From Neocallimastix sp. 'constans' (lineage: Eukaryota), in NCBI GenBank assembly GCA_050613775.1, contig JBODTK010000112.1:1-64000 (forward strand): 64,000 bases of DNA. The letters are read 5' to 3'. How positions within the stretch are numbered: position 1 is the first letter of the stretch; each line of letters starts with the position of its first letter. The notes beneath the pieces were generated by a model, which was not told the origin of the DNA, did not search any database, and saw nothing but the letters and a program-made list of their open reading frames with translations. Below are positions 51,629-64,000 of this stretch, piece by piece. Made by a program: the position numbers and the translations under genes.

Positions 51629-52742
51629 TACAAAGAAATGTAAATAAGCAATAAATATATAAATAAATTATAATTATAATTATAATTATAAAATAAAATA
51701 AAAAAAAAAAAAGATCATATAATATAATATTTATGGCTATTTAATATAAAAGAAATAAATTTTAAAAGAAATATATATAATATTTAAATAAATAAATATT
51801 ATATCTTGAATAAATATATATAACAAATACTTTATAAAGTTTAAATTTTGTGATAATATCCTAGTTAAATAAATAAATGAATATAATAAAAAAAATGAAA
51901 ATAATTTATTTTTTTAAATTTTTTTTTTTTTAAGAAAAATTATAAAATTTAAAAAAATAATTATATATAATATTTTTTTTCTTTTTTTTTATTTAATACT
52001 TTAGGATATAATCAAAATAAAACATTAATTAAATAATATTAAATTATAAATAAATATATATATACAAACATCAATATATATCCTATATATATACATATAT
52101 AACAGATAAAATTAATAATATAATGTTATAATAAATAGAATAAATGAATAAATAAAAACCATAAATTAATTTCTTTCTTTTATTTATTTTAGCGGGTTTT
52201 TTTATATATATATAGTTTGTTTTTTTTGTTTTGACTTATTCTGATTTGTGTTATTTTAATTTATTTTTTTTTTATTTTTTTTTTTTGTACTTTTGTTTTA
52301 ATTTATACAACAATAAATATAATTAAAAATTTTTTTTTTCCTCTTATATCAAATAAGCAAAAATTTTCTATATTAATCATAGTTTTAAAATTTTTAATTT
52401 AGTACAATAAATTAATAAATAACATCTATATAATTGATATAAAATGACCATAAAAACCTTAATTATTAATAAATTTTATTTATTAATAATTGCATAAAAA
52501 TAAATTAATAAATCATTTGAGGTCTACATGATATAAATTAAAACGTGAAGTATTATAATGTTATAAAAATAAAATTATGTCACGACATAAAATTATACAA
52601 GAACATAAAATTAATATGAACATAAAAATTTATAACCAAAAGTTTAATGTTTGTTAAAATTGAAAATAAATTATAAATTTCTTTTTATTATTTCTTTTAT
52701 ATTTTATTTTATACTGTTATTTATTTTATTATATTTTTAATT

Positions 52743-52920
52743 GAGTGACATTTCGGAAAAATTTTTAAAAGTTAATAAATAAATAAATTAATAATAAAAT
52801 AATATATATGTAATTTAAATAAAAAAAACTACTGAATTATATATTATTTATAAATTTTTTATTTTCTTAAATATTAAAACAAATTTATTATTTATTTATT
52901 TTATTATTTATTTGTTTAAT

Positions 52921-52959
<39 letters not shown>

Positions 52960-53066
52960 TTTTATTTATTCATCTATTTATTAAAATTTTGAGAAATGAA
53001 CCTTTTCGAAAAATGAAATTTTTATACGAAATTTCCAAAATGAAATTTTCGAAATGTACTTCCCCC
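52743..53066. mobile_element. Possible degenerate MITE; a second copy of its right end lies at ~53620-53715
   Basis: GAGTGACATTTCGGAAAA versus TTTTCGAAATGTACTTCCCC form an imperfect inverted pair; no convincing TSD. Confidence 0.4.
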
Positions 53067-54023
53067 ATTTTTAATTATTTTAAATAATTTTTATTTTATG
53101 CTAGTATTTTATATTTTATTATTTATAATAAATTACTAATAATAATTAGTACTTTACGAATAATATTTTATTTTAATATACTTCAAATACTTAATAATTA
53201 TCATAAAAATTAATTAATTAAATAGTTTATAATGAACTAAGAATATAAAAATAAGAATAATTCTTTATAATTATTCTTTGCTGAAATTGTATGTCAATTT
53301 ATTTAATAATTTCTTTTATATTTTCGAAAATTTTATTATTTTAATATATAATTAAATATTAAATTATTTCTTTTTTTTTAATATTTAATATTTAAATATT
53401 TAAAACTTTTATTTTTTATTTACTAGATAATTAATATTTATTATTATTGTTAAATTTTATTATTATAATGATTATTTTTATTTATTAATTCAGTAATCTA
53501 TGAAAAGAAAAATAATTCTAAAATTATAAACTATTTTTTTTTATTAAAAAATAAAAATATAATAAAATAAAAAATATTTATTTAATTATTTATTATTTAT
53601 AAATTTTTTTATATATCAATATATTAAAACAAATTTATTATTTATTTATATTATTATTTATTTATCTATTTATTAAATTTTTGCGAAATGTACCTTTTCA
53701 AAATACACTTCCTCCAATAAATTATAATTACTTTTTTTTTATAATAAATGAATAAAATTATAACTAAATAAACATAAATCATAAATAAAACTTCTCCCAA
53801 CAAAAGATATTCGAACCATGAGTTATTTATATTAGTTATTTTTTATTTTTATTTAATTTTGGTTTGTTTTATTTTATTTATTTATTTATTATTTTTTTTT
53901 TTCCTTTAAAAAAAAGTAAAAAAAAAAAAAAAAAAGAAAATTAGAAAATTAAATTATATATAATTTATATATAATTTAGTATAGTAAATTAATAAACTTT
54001 TGTGTAATATTAAGTATTAGATT

Positions 54024-54060
<37 letters not shown>

Positions 54061-56033
54061 AAGAATTAAATTATAAAATTTTTTATATGAATAAACTTTA
54101 AATTATAAGATTATATATTTAATTTATAAAGAATTTTATTAAAATATGGCTAATATAATAAAAAAAAATTTTTTTTTTATTATTTTTAAATGTATCAATT
54201 TTTGCAAGTACAAAATAAATAAATAATTAGGTAGTACAAAATTTAAATGAAACCTTTTTCTTAACTAGTTAGTGTAACCGTAATTAATAAAAACTTTTTG
54301 AACATTTTTAAAGCATGATTAATTCAGATTAAATCCAAACTAATACCTAAAAACTTTTTACTTAATCTGCATATCCTTAATTATTTAACAAAAAAGAAAA
54401 AAAAAAAAAAAAAAAGTATTATAATTAAAAAAAAATTTCCCTTGTCATTTATCAATCTTAAATTTAAATATAATTATTTATCATAATAAATTATTCAATC
54501 AATCAATCAAGGGAAATTCATATTATTCCAATAAAGATATTAACATTTATAAATACTAAATAATCTAACAATAATAACTTCTATAATTAAAAAAATTAAT
54601 AATTAATAATTAATAATAACAAACTTTAATATTGAATTATTATATATATTTAATATAATTATATTAAATCTATTAACCATTTAAACATTAATATTTGTTA
54701 ATGTATAAAGCTAAAAAATGGTCTGTATGCTCTTAATAAGGACCTTTTCTAATGGATAAGGTAGATTCTTTTTTTTATGTTAAAAGAAACAAAATAACTT
54801 AATCAATTTTGACCTGAATTAACTCAAGATTATCATTCAACTTAATATCATATTTCATAATGTAATAAAAAATTATGCCAATTTAATTATTCATAAAATA
54901 ACTGACATTTATTCATTTAAATATATATATTTTAATTTATATAGAAATTATAAAAATTATTAATGCCTTTTTTTTTTTTGTTTGTTTGTTTATTTTTTTT
55001 TTTTTTTTAAACTTTAAATATAAATATGAAAATAGTAATAATTACTATCATTTCAGATATTATTAATTATTTTCATTATTAAAATAATAAAACTTTACAA
55101 TAATATGATATCATAAGGTTTAACCATAAATTATATATTATGACATCATAAAATAATGCAATATTTAATATTTATTTATTTATTTTTTGTTTGTTTGTTT
55201 GTTTGTTTTGTTTGTTTTGTTTTTAGTTTTTGGTGATCTATAAATACCAATAGCTTTTTAATATGAATAATAATAATAATAATAATATTTAATATTAAAT
55301 TTTTAGTAATCTGTTTCATTGTAAATTTTTTATTATATCATTATTTTATACATTATTTTTAATAAAAAAAAATAAATAAATAAATAAATAAGCCGTAATT
55401 AAAATTTATAATATTTAATTTTTTTTCTTGGTATTCTATAAATCTATAGATAGAATACATATAAAATTAAAACAATAGTTTTAATATGAGAAAAAAATAA
55501 TAATAATTTATATTGATTTTTTAATTATATATTATTGTAAATTTATATTATTATTTTATATATTATAAATATTAAAAAAAAATAAATAAATATATAAATT
55601 AGAATTAGAAAGTATAAAAATAAAGATTATAATATCAATGATATGCAAAAATAATAGAAATTAAAATATATATTAATGGCTTAAATTAAAATTCTTATCA
55701 ATAAATTATAATATTTTTTGTTAGAATAATTTAATAAATAATTATATTATTTATTAAAAGTTTATTTAAATATACTTGATTTATCCTACACTATAAATTA
55801 GTTATAATATTAATAATAAAAATAATATAAAAGTATATAAAAAAAATTTTTTTTATATCATAAATTATTTTTTTTTATATATTAATAGTAAAAATTATAA
55901 ATTTATTATTTCTCATTTTTGAATAATTATTAATATTTACAGTTTTAGTAATCATTATTTTTAATATTTATGGAAAAAAAAATATTATTAAAAATTAATA
56001 TTCTTATTAGTTATTTGTGTAATACAAAATCAA

Positions 56034-56082
<49 letters not shown>

Positions 56083-59000
56083 ACAATAAATTATAAATAA
56101 AAAATAAATTTTATTTATTTATTTATTTTGTATCTTTTTTTTTTTCTTTAATATAATTAAATGTGAAAGTATAGTTAATTCTTATTTTGTTTAATTATTC
56201 AAGAGAATACAATATTTTTGTTTCCTCATCAAGTTTTGATTTTCTTTGTACATTGATTTGTAATTGTTGATGGTTCTATATTCATTGATGGTTACATTCT
56301 TATTGACGCATTAGAATTCTTTTTAGACTAGTTATTTAATAATTATTTAATTGTTATATATTTTTTATAATATCAAACCGATGAGACTCTTAATCTACTA
56401 ATTTAAACATACACAAATTATAAATAAAAATGGTTTTATGTTTAAATATTTAATTTATTTATTTATTTATTTATTATATAGTTTTATTATAAGAAGACTT
56501 ATTTTTTTTTTAAAGATATAATATTACTTGTTAGTTATATATTATTAGTAATATGGATGTTACATTATAAAATTTATATTAATGTATGTAATAATAATGT
56601 AGTATAATGTATAATGTATATTTACTATATCTTTAAATTAACTCAACAAATTTTTTAATATAAAGATATTTATTTTTTTTTATTATAACCTTTTTTTTTC
56701 TATTATTATTTTATTTTTTCTTTTTTTAATCTTTTTTTTTTTTATTAATATTTTTTCAATATAATTTAAAAATATTTTAAAAGATAAAATATTCCATTGT
56801 AAAAATAATAAATGTATAAATAATATATATGTAATTTTATGAGAAAAAAAAGTATATAAATAATAATATTAATTTATTTATAATTATATATTGTTTTAAA
56901 AGATAAAATATGCCATTATAAAAATAATAAATGTATAAATAATATATAAATAATGAGAAAAAAAAAAAGTTATATAAATAATATTAATTTATTTATACAA
57001 TATTCCATTTGTTAAAAAAAAGTTAATACAAAATTATATATATATGTATAGAATATATATTGATAAAGTACGAAGTTGAGGTTCGGTTCTTTTAAGGTTT
57101 GTTCTTTTAAATGGGGATATAATTTATATGTTTTATAAAAATTATTATATTTAAATTTTATTTATTTAGAAGAATAACATTTACTTATCATTATTTAAAA
57201 TGCAAACTAACATTTATTCCTAAAATTAATATTTATTTTCATATCTTTATCTCAAGAATTACTATAATCTACTATTTATTATTCTTGGACAGAGAAATAA
57301 AACTATTTCTAAGTATTTTTCTCTTTTATAATTATTTACTATAATAAAGTTTTCCTATATTGAAGTATAAATATTAGTTTACTTTCATTAATGGTTAAAT
57401 TAAATAATAAAAATATATAAATTAATTTCTAATATAAATACAATAAAAACTAGATTAATACATAAATTTATGCTTTTACTACATTTCTTAATTAACATAA
57501 ATTTATTATTAATTAGAGTTTTTATTTCTATTTCATATTATTAATATTTAATAAATATTATTTATTATTTGATACAATTAATAAATTAATAAAAGAAATA
57601 AAGTCAATATATAAATAAATTACTATTATTATTATAATTATTTTTTTTTTTTAATGTATAGCTGTAGCAAGTTGTAAACATTTAATTATATATTTTTAAT
57701 ATATGAAATATAAATCATTGTTCTAAAATAGTTCGTAATATTAAAATATATATATATTCATTTAATGTATTGATATATTGTTTAAAAAGTAATCCAACGA
57801 AAAGAAAAAATCTTTTTATTTTATTTTATTTTTATTAATACCTTTATTCTTTTATATTACTTTACTATTTCTTTCATTTTATTTCTATTAATACTTTATT
57901 CTTTTATATTATTTCACTATTTATTTTATTTTATGTTTATTAATACTTTATTTTTCTATATTACTTCACTATTTCTTTTATTTTTATTCTACAATTATTA
58001 TTAATTTTTTTTAAATAAAATAAAAAATTATTATTCCTTCAGTAATATTATTTATAAATATGGTTCTTAAAAACTATATATTTTTAAATTTGAATAATAT
58101 TTAATTTTATATTGTACATTCATTAATTAAAAAAAAAAATGTATAATTGACTGTAAACTTTTATCAAAAAAATATTAATTAAAAATTAAAATAAATTTTT
58201 ATTTTATTAGAGTTAATAATATAATATTACACAAAAATTGTTTTTAATATAAATATATTTCATTTTTCAATTTATTATTATTTATATAAACCAATAATAT
58301 AATTATTAAATTGACAATCAAATTATCATATTTAAAATTTCATTATAAATATTTAATAATCATTTTATTAGAATTATTGTATTAAAATTATTATAATCAC
58401 TATAAAATAATAATTTATTATTCATTATTCACAGTTTTAGATATTCATTATATATTAGTTATTTATTGCTACTCATTACTAATAATATATTTACTGCATA
58501 TTATGAAATATATAGAATATATAGAAGGTAAAAAAAAAAGTTTAATATTTTAATATACTTATATATATCAATTAATAAATTTATATCAAATTCTTTAAAT
58601 TACTCCTTAAATTACTCGTTCATTTTATTTTATAAATATATTATTACCTCTAATTATTGGAATAAAAAAATTTTTTTTTCCTTTAAAATTCATGTGAAAA
58701 GGTTTTTATTTTATTACTGTTCAATAATATCTCTAAATTATTTTAAATATATATATATTGCTTTTTATATATCATATAATTTATATGTATATATTTATTT
58801 TTCCATTATTTAGTATGATATTATATTACATGAAAGTGTAATATAAAAAAAAATTACACTTCTTCTGTTTTTCATTTGTTCTTTCTTATTGTACAACATA
58901 CAGCGTACAATAATTATTATCATCATTATTCTTTTTGAACATAAAAATATATAAATTTTTTTGGTATTTCTATATTATAATATTTTTTAATTACATATAT

Positions 59001-59241
59001 TAAAAAAAATGAAATAAAATAATAAGTAAACAATGAACAATTAAATTAAGATAAAATAATTAATGAAAATTTTAATAAAGGAAGAAGATACAGTATATAT
59101 ATAAAAAAAACCAACAAAGTGTTTGTTGTGTAACATTTTTCAGAAAACGGCTAATTATTTCTAATATCAATGTTAGTAATTTCTCTTTAAATAATAAAAT
59201 AAAAAGTTAATAATTCTCTTACATTTTTTATTACAATTATT

Positions 59242-59275
<34 letters not shown>

Positions 59276-60869
59276 TTTTATTCTTTTTAATACTATCTTA
59301 TCTTATTACTTCTTAGTACATTTTATTATTTTTCATTACTTTTTATTATTGAATTTATTCCATTATAACAATATAATAATATGTTTATTCCTCGTCTAAA
59401 ATATATATAATATATATAATAATATATTTTTTTTTTATAATTTATAATATATCATTAGATTATATAAAAATGACGAATTTAAAAGGAAAATATTTAATTA
59501 AGTATTGTTTTAAAATTTATAAAATTGTAACATCTTTTTATTAATAATTTATATTTCAACTTATTTCCGTTGTTTTAAATTTCATTATTTTATATTTAAT
59601 CTTATTGTTTTTTTTTATATAATATTTTTCTATTATTTTATATTCTATTTAATAAATTATATACTTCATTACACTATATTATATTAATTTATATTTATTA
59701 TTTCATGTTTTATATTTATAATATTTTATTATTTTATACTTTATTACTTATAATTTATTGCTTCATTTATTTTTTTTTTTTTATTATTTAATATTTTGTT
59801 AAATTTTTCTATAATTTTTTATTATTTCATATTTTGATTGTTAAGTATTTCTTTAATTTATATTTACATATTTTAATATAGTTTATTTTTATTTTTATTT
59901 TATTTTATTTTTTTTTTTTTATTTTTTTTTTTTTTCATTATTTATGAATTTATTATTAATTTATTATTAATAGTGATTGTAATAATTCTATTTATAGAGA
60001 CTATTTTTGTAAAAAATAATTAAAAAAAATTTTAATAAAATTCATTGTCGTACAAACTTTATCAATATATATTAAAATAAATAATTAATTTTTTTTTTAA
60101 TACATTTATTCTATTTTAAAATTATTTACTATTATTCAATGTTACTCTTTATCAATTATTATTACATTAAATATAAAAAAAAATAATAATAATAACAATA
60201 ATAATAATAAATAAATAAATAAAAAATTATAATTTCATTCAATTTTATTATATATTAAAGTATTTATATAATTAATTATTTTTTTTATGAACTAAATTGT
60301 ATAAATAAATTTTCATACTTAATATAAAAAATAATAAATAATATATTAAATTTTTTTTTAAATTATTTTAAATTATTTTTTTTATGAACTAAATTATATA
60401 AATAAATTTTCATACTTAATATAAAAAATAATAAAATATTAAATTTTTTTTTTAATTATTTTAGAATATTAAATATACAATAATAAAATATACTAAACAA
60501 TATTATATAATTAATTAATCAGTAAAAAAAGTATATAAATATTGACTTTCCTTTAATAATTTGTGACTTTTTACTTTTTCTATTTACGGTTTATGAAATT
60601 AAAATTATATATAATTTGAACTTTATGATATTAATAATTATCACTACAAAAAAATAAAACGAAATAATAAAAAAGAAAAAATTTAAAAAAATAATGAACT
60701 AAAAAAATATAGAACATACCGAAATTTATAAAAATAAAATATAAATATAAATTGAATAATTAAATTTCTTTTTATTTTATAATTTAATTAAAAAAAGAAA
60801 ATAAAAAAAAATAAGAAATAAAAAAAAAAAAAAAATTAAAAATAATAAATACCACTAAAATAATAAAAA

Positions 60870-62186
60870 ATGACTAATTGTAATATTCCAAAAGATATTT
60901 GGACATATTTAGGAAATGATGTAAATAAATCTCAATATTTTAATCCAATATTTTCATGGTTTGTTGTTGCATATACATACTATGCTGTTGGAAGGAATAG
61001 TGGTAGTATTTGGAAATATCTTTATTATGTAACACTATTTGGTCTTCTTGCTAATATAGTTGTAATTATAAAAGAATATCTATATTTAAAAAATTACCAT
61101 ATAGAATATGTAAAATATACAGTATGGCTTGAAACCTATTTATATGGTATAAATGAATGGGGATTTGTATTTATTAATTTTCAAAAAATAAGATCATGTA
61201 TACCTTTTTTAAAAAAGAAATTTTGGATGATATTTATATATATACTATTAGTGTACACTATTTTCTGTCGTACAATGATAGCTTATTATAAAATTGGTGA
61301 AGAATATGAAAAATTTAGAAATTGCCATCTCAAAGTGGAGCAAGATTTAAATGTTACTACTAAAAGTACAAAATTTCATGCTACCCTATATATTCCTATT
61401 GGTGTAGTCGAATTAATATTTATTTTAAGTGTACTAAGAGAATACTTTAATGAAAAGGCTAATACTATTAAAAAAGAATTGTCAGCATTATTACACAGTA
61501 CATTATTTAGAACATTGATAAGTAAGTATTAAATGAATCAATATTGATAATTTTTTTTTTTAATAATAATAAAAAAAAAAAAGAAAAAAAATTCTTTGTA
61601 TCATTCTATTTGCTAATATAAATAAAACTTTTTTCCCTCCTTTTTATATATATTTATTTAATAATATAAAATTTGTGCAGTTTCTGTAATATATATTCTT
61701 ATCGCTATTGATGTTCTTTTTGAAAAAGTTGGAGCTGTTGATTTTTATAGAAAATTACTTTGGAGAATAAAAGGAATATTTGGTATTATATTTTTAGTAG
61801 ATTTATTACTTTTAAGAATAGATCTTGATAGTAATACATTAATAATGCAGAAACAAGAAATAGAAAAGCAAAAGAAAGAAATAGCACTCTATGGACCATA
61901 TAGTAGTACTGAAAGAAATAGTAATGAATATGATCTTAATTTGAATTTTGATACAAATAATAAAAATTTAACATTATCCCAAAGTTCATCAATTTGTCTT
62001 CCCTTAATTACAAAGATGCCATATATATATCCTCAATCAAAAGAAAATAATAGTCAAATAAATTCAGTATATCGAAACCATGAAAATAATGAAAATATAT
62101 CGCCCAATTTGGAGTATTACATGAACAATTCATTTAGTTCATATAGCAATGAAACTTTAAATTATAATAGAAAATTAAGTCATTAA
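60870..62186 (+). CDS. Uncharacterised 7TM membrane protein, paralog 3 (exons 60870-61521, 61681-62186)
   Basis: Same intron position and phase, and the same conserved motifs as paralogs 1 and 2. Confidence 0.85.
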
Positions 62187-62704
62187 TACAAATAATAAAA
62201 GAATTTTATGTACAATAATATTTAAATAATTAAAATTATAACCATTAATAAAAAAAAAATAAAAAAAAAATTTTAGAAATTAAATAGTTATTATGATAGA
62301 TAATTGTTTTAATTTGTTTTTATATTTTATTTTATTTTTATTTTTTATTTTTATTCTTTTATTCATTTAGATTTTTATGCAATATAAACGTAAATAAATT
62401 GTATAGTTCGATTAAAGTATTTGGTTATAATATACATATATTATAAAATGATTAATAGAGTAAAACAATGAAAATATATATATATTATATATATATATTT
62501 TATAAGAAAATATTTTATTGCATATATATATTATAATAGATAGCTTAATAGTTTTAGTGTATTAATTATTAATTATTTTATAAGATAATAGAATAGATTT
62601 ACATAGAAAAAAAGTAAAATAAAATAAAAAACTAATTATAGTAGTAAAAAAAAAACTAATTATTATAGTAGTACAAAAAAAAAAACAAATTAATATATAA
62701 ATAT

Positions 62705-62758
<54 letters not shown>

Positions 62759-63918
62759 AAAACTACCAATAAATACAATAAATAGAAAAAAGTAAATTTT
62801 TTTTTTTTATTGAGAAAAAAAGAAAAGAAATATTCATGATAGAATTTTAAGAATTAAAAAATTATATATATATATAAGTAAATTAAATGTATAAAATTAT
62901 AAAATTATTATTATATTATTTTTTTAATCTATAAATAATAAATTATACAATAATATAAAAATTGTATTATATTAAATATATATTAAATTATTACCATACT
63001 ATATTAAAACTTTAAACTTTAAAAGAAATTAAATAAAATAAATAGAAACTATAATTAAAAAAACATCTTAATTTTATAGAATTTTTTATATTCAACCATG
63101 AATAAATTATTAATTGTATATATAATTAATTAAAAAAAATAATAATAATAATAATTTAAAAAAAGTTTCACATGTTTATATAAATATAAAAATAAATAAA
63201 TATAAAAAAAAAAAAAATTGAAAATAATATATAAATTTCAAATGTTTAAATAAATATAAAAATAATAAATATAATAAATAAATATAATAAATAAATATAA
63301 AACTAATATAAATAATAAATAAATGTAAAAAAAATAAAAAAAATAAAAATAAAAAATATATTTCATAAATTTAAATAAATATAAAAAAATAGAAAAAATA
63401 AAAATATTATCAAAACAACTTTATTATATTGTTTTAATGATAATCAAAAATAAAGTATAATTTTTTTTAAATATTATTTTTTTTTAAATATTTTATTGCT
63501 TTATTATATTATAATTCTTATGATATTTTTATAATTGTAATTTACTATAATTATAATATCTTTATTTAATTTTTTCATATTAGAAATTCTAAATAACTTT
63601 TCTTTATAATTATAATAAAATATATATTAAAAAAATTTTTTTCTTGAATTGCTTATTATAATAACAACTTTATTATAAATTTTTTCTTGAATTATCTATT
63701 ATAATAACAACTTATTTTATCATTTTTTAAAAAAAAAAACTAATTTAAATAATAAATATTAATCTTAATTATTTTTTATTATTTCATTTTTTTTGTGTAA
63801 CGTTTAAACTTATTAATATTCTAATTTTTTTTTTTTTTTTTAAAAAATCAATTTTTTATAAATATTAAAATTTATAAATCTTATATTACATTTTTAATTA
63901 ATAAATATTAAATTTGTA

Positions 63919-63959
<41 letters not shown>

Positions 63960-64000
63960 AAATAAAATAAAAATAAAATAAATAAAAAATTAAAAAAGAT

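Noticed and set aside
53790..53825. tRNA gene (minus-strand GGTTCGAAT)
   Set aside because: Isolated B-box-like word; no cloverleaf or A box.
51700..60800. Hidden genes in the 9-kb spacer between 7TM paralogs 2 and 3
   Set aside because: Near-pure A/T low-complexity sequence with no ORFs or sustained GC islands apart from possible MITE remnants.

Overview
Extremely AT-rich eukaryotic DNA with spliceosomal GT-AG introns, most consistent with an anaerobic gut fungus (Neocallimastigomycota; inferred from composition and from SBP-fused GPCR genes). Bases 1-26.6 kb are a nest of Ty3/gypsy LTR retrotransposons. It comprises the end of one LTR, two near-identical full-length elements (one with an intact pol), a related non-autonomous Gag-protease element, a solo LTR and a further LTR that interrupts a decayed minus-strand element. 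Reconstructing the target-site duplications places five insertions inside the same 10-bp original site (ACTGTGTAAC). The long 5' leaders of the two divergent element families share a ~170-nt covarying RNA structure that I cannot assign to a known class. The rest of the window holds two solute-binding-protein/class C GPCR-like genes, a poly(A)-tailed retroposed insert, a MULE DNA transposon carrying a minisatellite and a large structured GC island, and three paralogous single-intron 7TM genes. All structures were paired by eye; no folding or database search was run.
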